Positions 18,225 through 35,503 of a stretch of DNA of 64,000 bases are shown piece by piece. Position 1 is the stretch's first letter; every line of letters starts with the position of its first letter. This stretch comes from the human T2T-CHM13v2.0 reference genome, Homo sapiens. Under the pieces are notes generated by a model. That model made no database searches. It was not told where the DNA came from and worked only from the letters and a program-made list of their open reading frames with translations. Where the stretch lies: NCBI RefSeq assembly GCF_009914755.1, contig NC_060933.1; one strand, given 5' to 3'. A program made the translations under genes and the position numbers.

Positions 18225-19601
18225 AAAAATCACCTGCCAACACAATAAGAAGGCTTACTAAATTTGGAGATACTACCAAAAATTAAAGCCTGTATTACAC
18301 AACATAAAACAGACCAGATTAACCACATGTAGAACTTAGTCCACCCGAAGTGAAGGTTCATACATCAGTCATGAATGACACAGCTCATCCCAAAGCGTAT
18401 TCTACAGAATACACAGGTTATCGGTAATCATTACTCGAAAAAAAGCTGTGTTAAAATAAATTCAAAAAAAAAACACTACGTTAAACAAAATTAAGCAGTT
18501 TTCTTTTCTTCAAGACTTTCCAGAGTCTTTAATAAACAGGCCCAGAATAACTTAACAATTTAGAAGTTCAGAAGATTTTGAAAACTCAAAGTCTCAAATA
18601 TAATTTATATGGTAAGAAAACCTGACTTCAACTTAAGGTTTTCTAGTCTTTGTTTTATTTAGTCTAATTCATACATTTTTCAGTAGAGATTATATGTTTG
18701 ATTACAGGAGTAATTCCCACTGGGGATATTACTTAACCTAAGCCCCACTGGGGATGACTTAAACATTATATACACCATAATGCCCTTCTGAAATCTGAAG
18801 ATTTCTGAATTTCAAAACAAATCTATTATCAGTTTTGCAAAATGAATTGTGAACCTCTACTAAAGGACAATGTGAATCTTTAAGAGGAGTATTTTCCAAA
18901 CCTATGATGATGGAGCTCACTTTTAAAAAGAGTGAGAAAGTAAAGACTGGATTAAGGTATGCCCCGAACTGACTATGAAAGGCCACAACGTCTCACACCT
19001 AATAAAGAAGAACAGGGTAAAGCCTCAGATAGACAAGTGGACTGAAAATTACATAAAACAAATGTTTAGCTGTTATTATAACAGTTTATGTAACATTGTT
19101 ATATCAATAAGGAATTCAGTAACTGATGAAAAAAGGGAATTGGCCAATGTTTACCCAGTATTAACTAGGTAAGCAGACAAAACTGCATCTACCAGATCCA
19201 AACATTTTTGTCACTTAAGATCTGACTTCCTAAAATTTGCTCTGAGAATAAAATAAGTATACAAACAAGTGTATTCTTTTCTTCTATTTCATGCATGTAA
19301 GTCTTCTCTCCTCAACTAAGGCTTAGAGTACTTGCTGAATACAATTTATAAATTTGCCTTCCAAGTGTTTCTATTCATTTTTCTAGAACTGGATACAAAA
19401 CTCCTCCTCCCAATTTTCTCTCTGATCTACAGCAGTGTCTATTTTATAAACCACTTTATTGCCTTTGAGCATATGAACAGAAGTGTAATAAACAATAAAG
19501 GGTTCTGGGTTACAATTATATTAATAATATACTATATAATTGAGTTGGGAAGTAGTTCTAATTTTAAAATATTATTTAATATTTTAGAGACTAACATTTC
19601 C

Positions 19602-19907
19602 TTTTTTTTTTTTTTTTTTTTTTTTTTGAGACAGAGTCTTGCTCTGTTGACCAGGCTGGGGTGCAGTGGCATGATCTCTGCTCACTGTAACCTCTGCCTC
19701 CCGGGTTGAAGCAATTCTCCTGCCTTAGCCTCCCGAGTAGCTGGGACTATAGGCGCATGCCACCATGCCCAGCTAATTTTTGTATTTCTATTAGAGACAG
19801 GGTTTCACCATATTGGCCAGGCTGGTCTCCAACTCCCGACCTCATGATCTGCCCCCCTCGGCCTCCCAAAATGCTGGGATTACAGGTGTAAGCCACCGTG
19901 CCCAGCC
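19602..19907 (-). mobile_element. AluS
   Basis: Full Alu; TSD TAGAGACTAACATTTC at 19585-19600 and 19908-19923. Confidence 0.93.
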
Positions 19908-21170
19908 TAGAGACTAACATTTCAAAGTGAATTTGCCAAATTCATCAAACTGAATTTATAAAAAACAAATGGATCGCTTATAAAATTTACAAGGCTTATT
20001 TCTAAAAGTAACTTTTAAACATTGTGGTTTTTCACCACCTGGATCAATGTGGAGCATTTTGAAATTTTCAGTCCATTAAATTAAGCCTGTTTTTGGTAAT
20101 ATATTTTATACTACTTTATCAATGATACATTATATACATGTTTTAAAACACATTCAATTGTATTTAATGATTTAAATAACTAAAACATAACACCAATTAG
20201 CTAAAAGATTCATTCCCTTATTTTCCAATTCATTACCAAATTTTTGCCAAATCTTACTTTTGCTACTGAAGAAAGAAATAAAAAGCTGAAATCCACAAAC
20301 AATGATGATGAAGAGCCACCAGATTTTAATGTTAATTCCACCTTTTTTTTTTCCAATCAAGCAACTTCTTATTAGGGTTAATAAAGCTGATCATCTGCTT
20401 TTATCTCACTTATGTGCTTGATAAATGAGACATAAACTGATTTAAAAGACAGACAACAAGAAAAGCAAAAGCACCTAAGAAATTCAAAAGCAGAGCAATA
20501 GGCCACTGAAGACTTCATAGAATTTTCTGTTGTTTAAATAGGCTGTTGACAAATATATAGGGCATTTAAATTTGGTGAAAGACAAATTTACAAATCCTTT
20601 TACAGAAATATGCTTCATGTCTTATTAATTGATGTAATTTTCTTATATTCCACATATTTTCTTGATATAAAAATATATACTGAAAACATAGTTCTGAAAA
20701 ATACATGATGTGGGAAAAAACAGACCCAGGAAGATAATCTGACTACCCTTGGTTTAAGCAGCTAGTTGCTATGAACTTTAGTCCTGGGAATGTTACTTCC
20801 TGAAATCAGTGCTTTTCCTACTACACTGTACTGCCCTTAGCCTGAAAAAAAAAAAAAAAAAAACACACATTTCATAAGCGATGGGAAAGAAATTGGTCCA
20901 GAGAAAGGTAAAAACATAATGTCCAAACATGTTCAACTGAAAATTAAATTCAAACATACTGCATCAGTACTTTTTTTGTTGTAAGTATATAAAATGTCAT
21001 CTGCTCTGGCTTTTTAACACATTGAATATAAAATAAAATTTGACCCTCAAATATACACGCATGCATACATGTGCATTTTACTCTCTCAATCAAAGCATCC
21101 ATGATGCATAATGGAAAAAACAATTTGAATTATACTTAAATATAACTCCCATCCATTTGTGTTAGCTTAC

Positions 21171-22588
21171 CAGATTTGTGCTTCTTGTGTTTTGCTTTTT
21201 TTTTGATGATCAATAACTTATTCTGGATCTCAGGTTTGTAAGACTTGAATGCAAGAGAATGAAGACCTTCACGCTTTCTCTGTAAGTTTTCATTCAAAAC
21301 ATCTTTCAATTTCTTTTTTTTCTTTTTCTTCTTTTTTGCCCTCATTTTAGTTAGTTTGAGTTTCTTGTGGCTCTGTAGTGACTGCTCTAATAGAATATCC
21401 CTTACAACTTTGTGGCAGTTAATTTCTGGATGATCACTGTGACTTCCATTTACATGTATTTGGCAAGATTTTAGAGTATTTTCTTTTAATGGACTGGGTT
21501 CAATCTTTATTCTGGAAGCTTCACCGTATTTTTCCTGATTTTCTATAAACCTTATTTCACCTGGACTGAGAGGCTCTCCAAAGCCAGTAACTTCCCCTGG
21601 ACTCCTTGGTTTCTCTAAATTTTCTTTACAACAATCAGTTTTTTTAATTTCACAAGGCCTGCGAATTCTAATTTCATAGTTGGATTTTACTCCCATTTCA
21701 ACAGAGATGTCATGATTATCCAAGATCATTTTAGCAGGACAGCAAGCTGGATCAAAATTATTTTCCTGCTCTTTCTTGAAGGAAGAGGGCAGGCTATCTC
21801 TGCTACATCTATGTTCTCCATTACTTGTACTAACATAGTCACACTTCAATTTCTCCAATTTAATCCGAGGTACTCTTTGTATTTTAATGGGTGGAATTGG
21901 AAATTCTGGGGCCTGAAAGGGTCTCTGTTTATAAATCCGTACATCTGCACCACAGAACTGTGGAAAATGTACATAAGCATTCTCCAAATAATCATAACCA
22001 AGAATAACTTCCCTGCATTCATGGATAGGCTGTCCAAGTACAGCATCTTGAACTTCCTTTTGTGTTTCATACACAAAGTCACAAAGACCCTTAAGTAGCC
22101 ACACTTTTTGGTAAAAAGGTAGTTCGTGAAAAGGTTTTTCTTCCAATGGATTAACTTCTCCAAGAACTTTAAAAAACTGAGGACACAACCCCAGTTTTTC
22201 AGCACAGTTATCAGGATTTTCAGTTTGCCCTACAGCAGTGTACCACTGTTGTACTTTCTGCCTCAGCGCTGCTTCCCAGGTCCTATAAGGCAAAGTAGGT
22301 CTTCGATGTAAGGTAGGTCTGCGATGGGGAGGACTTAATAGAGAAGTCATTATTTTCGATAGAAAAGCATTACACTGAGGCATCAGAAGACAACGTTCCA
22401 GTTCGTAAAAGACTATTTCTGGCAAATTTAGAATTTGCTGAGCTAAACAAAGGAAATGCCCAATAGCTGGAATTTCCCACATGGTCTCCATACAAGTTGG
22501 AGCTGCTTGAGCTAGAAGTTTTCTTTCCCATTCTTCTATTTCCTTTTGACTAGCTTCTTCTGCTTCTTTTCTTTCCTGCTCCCGAAGC
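21171..22588 (-). CDS. BRD10: BRD10 coding exon 3 (1418 nt): DDT/WHIM-like helical module and Lys-rich region
   Basis: Acceptor ttctttag|G, donor CTG|GTAAGC. Lies within the 489-aa ORF; frame matches exon 2; ends in phase 1. Confidence 0.95.
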
Positions 22589-22693
22589 CTAAAGAAATTT
22601 AACAAATTATACTATTATTATTCAGAGGGTACCATAAAATGATAAATTTTAAGTATATTTATCTTTAGTCAAAAAGGCAATCAACTGTCCTAG

Positions 22694-22997
<304 letters not shown>

Positions 22998-23639
22998 TGC
23001 CCTAGTTTTAAATATCAGTACAAAGTGTCTCATAACAGTACCATTTTGCTTTTTTCAGATGAAGAAATACACATATCACTTCAGTCTGAATTTGATGGAG
23101 GATTGCTGACATAATTATCCTCAAGGTAAATTCTTCAATTTATAATGTATATCAACTTCATTTACTAAATGAAAGCACAGTAGAATTTGATTACAGTAAT
23201 TTCTAGAAGTAATATGACTTCACATAAAAGCTGTAAGATATTTATATCCTCTGACCCCATAATTCCATTCCTAGAAAGTTATACTAAGAAAATAATTCAA
23301 CAGAAGCAAAAAGTTATGTACTTACCAATGTTAACTCGAGTTTTATATAAGAAAAACAAAACTATGAAAAAATTGTTTTAAAATTGGGAAATAAACTGGA
23401 AATATTGTGCAGCCTTAAAAATTAAAATTATTAATATCATGCATAAATACAGAAAATGTCAGAATACAACACAGTACTTAATAGTCATAATGAAAATAAG
23501 TATATATTAAGCAGGGAGGTGACAGTGTTGCAAAAGTAAATAATTTCTAGGTTAATAGGAATATGAGTGCTTTTTTCCCCCTTAAGATTTTATTAGCACT
23601 ACTATAAAAACTTAATTAAAAAAATGAAATTAGATGCAA

Positions 23640-24625
<986 letters not shown>

Positions 24626-25560
24626 GACACTGGCTATTTTTCTATAAATCAGATTGCAATCCAGTAAGATAAATACATAAATAGTAAGAACACTACTTTG
24701 GCAAATATCACAACTTGCTCTTTTATAGAACAGCCTACTTTTATATTTTTGGTTGAAATGTCATACTATAACTGTCATTAGTGATTTGGTATTTATATAT
24801 TACATTTGAGTACCTAAAAAATATTAAATATTCTTAATAAAATTCAACTTCTTTCAAATGTGCTTAGAGTTTTATGGAGTTTTATTTTTTACTGAATGAG
24901 GATGGTAGTGGGCAGGTAGAATTTGGCTTCCTCTGTACAGAGCTAGGACTCCAAAAGCACACACACTCAGTAGAGGGGCATACTAGAAAAAAGTCCCTTC
25001 CCTTCCCCTCATCCTCAACTAGAGGACTGCAAGAAAATTTTTTTGTCTTCACAATAGGAGTGGTGAGAGGAAAAAAAAATCTTAAGAATTTGTAACTATA
25101 AGCTGACTCATATGGATTTATTGCCCAAATTCACATTTCCTGAGTGCCCAGAAAAACATCACACTAAGAAATGAGTTTAATGTGGTTTCATGCCAATATT
25201 GCTGTCAGGTACATGAACAACAACAACAAAATCAAATCTCTAAGGGAATGCACCTTAAGTCTAGACTTTAAGGAACTCCTACTACTACAGTGATAAGAAA
25301 TGAGTCCACAGTCAAAGATAAAACATAAAAGGAATTAAGATATTAGGAGGGATAGGAAGAAAGAATCTGGCCCCAAGATAATAGATGTAAGAATTATAGG
25401 ACACAAGGAATACAATGTTAAGTGAAAAGAAACTGAAAACATGAGCAAAGAGAAGGAGATTATAAAAAATGACAAAGCAGTTTTGAATACGAATTAAAAA
25501 GAACTTCTAGAAATGAAAAATACAGAAAATAAAATAAAAACAGACTTACAGCTAACTCCT

Positions 25561-25978
25561 TGATATAGTTTGGATATCTGCACCCTCCAATTCTCATGGT
25601 GAAATTTGATTTCCAATGCTGAAAGCGCAGCCCAGTTACAGGTGTTTGAGTTATGGGGGTAGATCTCTCATGAATAGCTTGGTCCCATTCTCACTGCAGT
25701 GAGTGAGTTCTCACTCTACTGGTTGTCACAAGAACTAATTGTTAAAATGGGCCTGGCACCTTCCTCCTCTCTCTTGTTACCTTTCTCACCACGTGATATG
25801 TTGGCTCCCCTTCACCTTTTGCTAGGAGTAGAAGCAGTCTGAGGCATTCTCCTGATGCAGATGCTGGCCCCATGCTTCCTGTACAACCTACAGAACCATG
25901 AGCCAAATAACCCTCTTTTCTTTATAAATTACTCAGCCTCAGGTATTCCTTCACAGCAATGCAAAATGGACTAAGACA
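25561..25978 (+). mobile_element. MST (ERVL-MaLR) solo LTR
   Basis: Termini TGATATAGTTTGG...GGACTAAGACA; 5-bp TSD CTCCT/CTCTT. Confidence 0.85.
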
Positions 25979-26336
25979 CTCTTCAACAGCAATAACAGAA
26001 GCCAGCACACAATGGAGTATCTTTAATATACTCAGAAAATAAGTGCCAACAGAAATTTCCATTCAGAGTAAAAATCTCTCTCAAAAATATAGACAAAAAG
26101 ATATTTTCAGACCAAAAAAATGTGGTATTTGTGACTGAAAAACACAATCTAAAGGAAAATTCTAAAGAATGTGCTTCCAGTGGAAGAACAGTGATCCCTA
26201 ACTAAAGCACAAAGATAGGGGAAAAAAAAGTAGTAATACATAGGTTAATTTACATAGATATGGCATAAATAATTATTAAAATGCTCTACGGAGTTTAAAA
26301 AGAAGACAAGATAGAATTCAAATACATGACAACAAC

Positions 26337-26629
<293 letters not shown>

Positions 26630-26758
26630 CTAATACTAACATAAAATAAAATACATAACAGTAATAGCAAATAAGCTGGGAGAAAAATGATTAAACTGAA
26701 AAGGAAGAGACAGACCAAAGAAACACAAATCAATATCTAACATACAACAAATTGATTG

Positions 26759-27070
26759 GGCTGGGTGTGGTGGCTCACACCTGTAATCCCAGCATTTTGG
26801 GAGGCCGAGGTGGGAGGATAGCTTAAGCCCAGGACTTCAAGATCAGACTAGGCAACATGGCGAGATTTCATCTCTTAAAAAAAACGGGCCTGGTGTGGTG
26901 GCACAGGCCTGTGGTCCCAGCTATTCAGGAGGGCGAGGTGGGAAGATCACTTGAGCCCAGGAGGTCAAGGTTGCAGTGAGCTGTGTTCATGCCATGGCAC
27001 TCTAGCCTGGGCAACAGAGCAAGACCCTGTCTCAAAAAAACCAAAACAAAACAAAAGCAAGAGACAAAAA
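26759..27070 (+). mobile_element. AluJ
   Basis: J-type diagnostics (ggaggatagcttaagcccagg, gagcccaggaggtcaagg). Confidence 0.88.
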
Positions 27071-27074
27071 ACAA

Positions 27075-29330
<2,256 letters not shown>

Positions 29331-30716
29331 AAACTAGAGAGCGTGTAAAATAAAATAAGTCTGAAATCAATTTTTCAAAGCTAAAAAAAAATCAAATGAT
29401 TTAATCACGTTTATGTTAAATTTATAGATACTGTGTACTTTACCATGAAACTGAATTTCTCTACACTTTATGTACTGAGAAGGGTAGAATATTTTTCTTC
29501 AATGTACTGTTATTAACAACAGGCAAAGTTTTCAAGTTATTTCCCATAAAATTTAATTCAGAGTTTGTTTAAAAGTTTGTAATAGGATACTGTATCTTAG
29601 AATCAACCGTCAGAAACTGGGTTTGTTTATTACTATTCTTGGCAGAGAAAACTGATTTTGGTTAATCTTGTCATAATTAATCCTGACTATGAGCTCACTA
29701 TAAAATCACTTATTAGTTATAAAACATCTCAGACTGTAAGTCTAGAAATTCTCCCTTTTTGGTTATACATATAAGTAAAATATAATGTTGTTTATGGCAG
29801 ATTTCTATTTTCAAAATTAAATGTGACACTTTGTTTTTTTCCAAAGGAAATAAGATAAAGGAACTAGGAAGCGCCAAATAGTAGAATAGATGTGAAGAGT
29901 CAACACTAAGTAGGGAAAGGACAGCAAAAAAAAAAAAAAAATCTGGGAATCCTGAAGGCAGTGCATACATGACTAACATCAATGAAATACATTTTGTTCT
30001 GACAGAGAAGAGTGTTACATGTTCTGCAGAAGTGAAAGAGTGACAGCTAGTGCTTGGGGAAGAAAATGAAAGGGAAAGTTGGAGTAGATGAAAAAACTTT
30101 TATGGACTTGCTTTGCCTAAAGCAGTGAAAAGCAACTTTTGGCCAATATAAAGATTGGTGATAAGGTAATTTCACAAATTATTTACCTGCTGCGAATATT
30201 AAGGACATACAGAAAGGTGAAATAACTTCCCCCAGGTTTTCCTAGCAGGTCAGTATAAGAGACAGAAACACAGTTTGCCTGGTAGGCCAAAGTTAGCACC
30301 AACTGACTTGCTCCTAGAAGAGGAAGAAAATTCATGACACAGTTGAAGTGTGATAATGCCATCTGTGTGCACTATCTGAAGCTAATCAAGGGCTGCTACT
30401 CACACTGCTGCTGTTCCTCATACACTGTACCTTTCAGGGGAGGATTATGGAATCTAGCCTCAGACTATGAATACTAAAGAGATGTGAGGAAGGACAAAAA
30501 AGTACATGGCTGGTATAGGCCAGCATAAGGCAGAACAGCCCTTTACCTTTAGAAATACAACTATGGAGTCTCTTTCCTGATCCTCAGTAGTGTAGTAAAT
30601 AGGGAATGGGAGCCTGCTGAAGATCTCTAGAGTTAATATATATAATCAGCCATTTTTAAAAAAACTTTAACACTTATAGTTAAAAATTAAAAACAGTATC
30701 TTAAAAATGCTGAAGT

Positions 30717-30996
30717 GGCTGGGCGCAGTGGCTCACGCCTGTAATCCCAGCACTTTGGGAGGCTGAGGTGGGCAGATCACGAGGTCAGGAGATCGAGACC
30801 ACGGTGAAATCCCGTCTCTACTAAAAATACAAAAAATTAGCTGGGCGTGGTGGCAAGCGCCTGTAGTCCCAGCTACTCGGGAGGCTGAGGCACGAGAATG
30901 GTGTGAACCCAGGAGGTAGAGCTTGCAGTGAACCAAGATCACGTCACTGCACTCCAGCCTGGGCAACAGAGCGAGACTCCGTCTCAAAAAAGAAAA
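30717..30996 (+). mobile_element. AluY-lineage element with a 12-bp left-arm deletion (Yd/Yc-type)
   Basis: GAGATCGAGACCACGGTGAAA plus Y diagnostics (gagaatgg, gagcttgcagtg). TSD AAAAATGCTGAAGT at a TT/AAAA site. Confidence 0.85.
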
Positions 30997-32323
30997 AAAA
31001 ATGCTGAAGTACATCACATTTTGCTGGTAAGGCAGACAAAAAGCCATCTTCCAGAATTATTCTCATTTAAAAAATTTATCCAAAAGTACAGTACTAAAGG
31101 CAGATAAAGCAGTGCATGTTTCTAAAATACTAGCTCAAAAAATTAAGCCTTCAATGTTGGGAAAATACCAAAAGGCTGCCTAAGGATATTTGCAAAAATA
31201 ACATTTGCTATTTTTAAAAACAGGGTACATAAACAATACTGAATAAACAAGAAAATTGGTTCAATTTTTTTTTCTGGATCAGCTCTCATTTTTGATGTTG
31301 CTCCTTACTGGGCTGTGGCATGTTTGCCTGTTACTCTGTGAAATACTAATAGAAGCTGTGCCTAAGGTTATTTTAGCCATGCACGATTTGGCAAAAACAC
31401 TAGATTTCCAAAAGAAAATTAAGTTTTAAAGTATCCTAACTTTACTATTATAGTTTTATAAACTTTTATTGAATGCTTACCATGTGTGACAACACAAAGA
31501 GGTGAGAAAACATGGACCTCACTCTCAAAGACATTGCAATTTAGTAAAAAAAAAAAAAAAAAAGGAGTTTTAAGAAATAATAAAATGTACACAAATTGAT
31601 GGCATGAAAAAGGGAAGCAAGATATTTATTTATATTTTCTAAGATGAATAACACATAATATTATATTTTAGAAAAATTAACCATTCATATCAAGTCCATC
31701 AGTCAACCTTCTTATTTATCTGACAACAACAGAATCTCCTCTGGCTAGCTGAAGCAGAAAAGGAATTTATTTAAGGATTAGTAGGGAGCTTATAGAAGCT
31801 CTGTCAAGAGTCAGAGAGCCAAACTTAGATGACAAAAAGCCAGAAAACAAGCCCAACCACACTTAGAAGGTTCTCCAAGAAAAACTACACGGTCAGCACT
31901 AGTTGGCACCTTTGATACCAAGAACCTGGAACAACCAGAAACTCCTACTACCACCTTTATCAAAAAATAAACCCTCTCACTCAAGATTGCTACCTGATGT
32001 TGTTCATGCAATATCAAGTAAGAAGTATATACCTGCTCATATACCTCTACCTTACCTGTGAGGGGGTTTGAGAATATAAATTTTCTGGCATCTATCCTGG
32101 GAAGTTAAAACTTGTACTATAGGAAATTACCAAAATGTAAGAAAGCTATTTAAAAATGCTGGGTGGCCACAAATGATGAATACATATTTAATTAAGTCAC
32201 TGCTACTTTGTGTTATAGAGAATATGAAAATAAATCACTTAATTATAAAGTCATAGTATTTATTTTACAAAAATAATCACTGGAGTTTAAAAATCTGTTT
32301 CAATTCCAGTGATTTCCAGATCA

Positions 32324-32687
<364 letters not shown>

Positions 32688-32762
32688 TCCACTATTTCTG
32701 AAAATCCAAATGGTTTTGCAAAAAAGGAACAATGAACAGATCTAGTATTTTTAAGACAACTA

Positions 32763-33194
<432 letters not shown>

Positions 33195-34209
33195 AAGTAT
33201 CTTAAATGTGTTATCTACTTTCCTGTTTAATAAACAAGGTATACAAAATATTATTCAATGATTCCTTAATGGTTTTAGGTCATCATTATAAACAGAATGT
33301 GGTGGTGGTTGTGATTAGCTTAAAGACTATTTCAGCAATAAATTAATCAGCTCTTTCACTCAATTTTCTCAGACTTTCACTTAGAGGGCTACTGTCTCCT
33401 AAATCAACAGGGTCTCTCTACACCAGTTCCCCCAAGACTGCCTGTTGTCCTATCAGCATTTTCTTGAAGATGGCCAGACTACCAAGCCTTTCTCAGTATT
33501 TATTCCTCTCTGTTCAACAGGCCATCACTCGCCATCTCCTTTATACTGGTATCCAAAGCTGTCCAAACTAATAAAGACAGCAATAGAGGAATGCCAGGAT
33601 TTTAAATCTGGCAATCTAAGAAGCCATTATTTTGATAGCATATACTGCACAAGGAAGGTAATCAGCCTACTGTATAAAAATTAAAATATAGAGTGGGGAG
33701 CTTCCTTCCTTTAAATGGAATAGGTAACAAATTAGAAACCAAATTAGGTACATTTAAAGATTGTAAAAAATTTCTGTAGACCAGGGTTGGTTTAAAAAAA
33801 ACTTCACACACACACACACAATGTATATGTATATAGAGAGAGAGAGAGTAAAAATTTTAAAAAATCTACTTTTTAGTTTGTGTCTGCCCAGATGATCAGC
33901 TGTAAATTATCAGATGTCCATCAGATACCAGATAAAGTATTACCATATTAAAATATATACTAAATTTTCAGGCTGCTGCTATCTTGATCTCAAACTTCTG
34001 ATATAACAGGTGTTTTAACCTACGTAACAAAATGAAAACTGTTTTCCCCACTTCTTATGCCAAAGGTTTTAATTAAAACAACAACAGTAACAACAACAAC
34101 AACAAAACACCTTCCTCTTCTAACATGACCTTCCTATGATTTCAAAGTCCCTTCCCTATCTAAATTTATAAAATCTATACTCTTAGCTAGTCTCTGACTA
34201 ACTCTTGAC

Positions 34210-34625
34210 AGGGTATTAGATTGACAGATTAGATTGTTTGCCTCTAGATCCATTCTCCATCCTTCACTGTAAGGTTTATCTGTATCAATAGGCAACCTCA
34301 CTCTCAGTCTTCCCTTGGGTTCATCAATGGAGAGACCTGGGAGGTAATCAGAAAGATAAAATAAAGTGGGATGAAGCATTTATTTCCCTGGCTCTCTCCT
34401 CATGAGGTTGCCTTGGGCTTTGTCCTTCAATAGAAGTATCTTCTCAAAACAGTCTCTCCTCTATAACTGTTTCCTGGGTACCAGTTACTCTCTCTGCTTA
34501 CCCTGGTTACAGCCTTATTTCTTAAGATTCTGCTACATTGTAACCCCTTTGAAAATAAACCCTCTTTGAAATATCCTAATTTGAATGTGCCACATGTTTC
34601 CTGGCAGAGGAGAGACACTGATACC
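34210..34625 (+). mobile_element. LTR33-like (ERVL) solo LTR
   Basis: tttgcctctagatccattctcc...aataaaccctct...atttgaatgtgccacatgtttcctg...ctgatac. Confidence 0.55.
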
Positions 34626-34700
34626 AACACTGACAGATACGACATCCAGAGAAGACATTAAGCAGGCAATTAGGTCTGAAACTTAAAGGAGAGACCTGGA

Positions 34701-34813
34701 CTATCTATCTATCTATCTATCCATCCATCCAATCTATTTATCATCAATTAATCTATCTATCCATGTATCTATCTTCTATCTATCTATCTATCTATCTAAT
34801 TTAATCTATCCAT
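34701..34813. repeat. Compound (TATC)/(CATC)n tetranucleotide repeat
   Basis: Seen directly. Confidence 0.9.
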
Positions 34814-35066
34814 CTCTGTGTCCATCCTCAAGGGAGACACAAGAATGTTTACTATAGCATTCTATAATAATGAAACAACAGAAATACTTCAAAACGTCCA
34901 TCTCTTCTGGAAAATGGATACACTGAAATACAGTCACATGATGTAATACTATTACATAGTTATTATATAAGGCTTGAAATAAACTAGAACAAAACAGTTC
35001 AACATGAATAAAGCTCAGATACGTAAATAAATGGAAACAGAAAGTTGTTAAGGGATAAAAGACCAT

Positions 35067-35185
35067 ACTTTGGGTAAAGTGTACACTGCTCGGGTGATGG
35101 GTGCACCAGAATCTCAGAAATCACCACTAAAGAACTTATTTATGTAACCAAACACCACCTGTTCCCCAAAAACCTATTGAAATTT
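35067..35185 (+). mobile_element. L1PB-type 3' end fragment
   Basis: gtacactgctcgggtgatgggtgcacc...aaacaccacctgttccccaaaaacctattgaaa. Confidence 0.75.
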
Positions 35186-35503
35186 TATGTATGTATGTAT
35201 GTGTGTGTATATATATATATTATTTTTAAGTTGCCAATTATATGAAGGTTAAAGACATGCAAAAGAATGTTATATATTATCTACAAATATATACCTATGT
35301 AATTAAAACATTAAAAATGCATGGAAATGACCACTTTTTGTGGTCATGATGAAGTAATTGAACCAAACTTACCCTCCTACTGCAAGCAGCTACAAACCGA
35401 ACACAATATATAAAACATACATTTTCAGACACTGGACAAACAGTGCAGGACTGTGATCACCAAGAGAAGTGAAACAAATGAGATGATCCCTACAATTGCC
35501 CAG

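Noticed and set aside
21712-22311. ORFs overlapping exon 3 in other frames or strands
   Set aside because: Shadow ORFs of the real coding exon with no recognisable similarity.
21136-22605. 489-aa ORF as a stand-alone gene
   Set aside because: It begins at a non-ATG codon in intron sequence and is bounded by splice sites; it is BRD10 exon 3.
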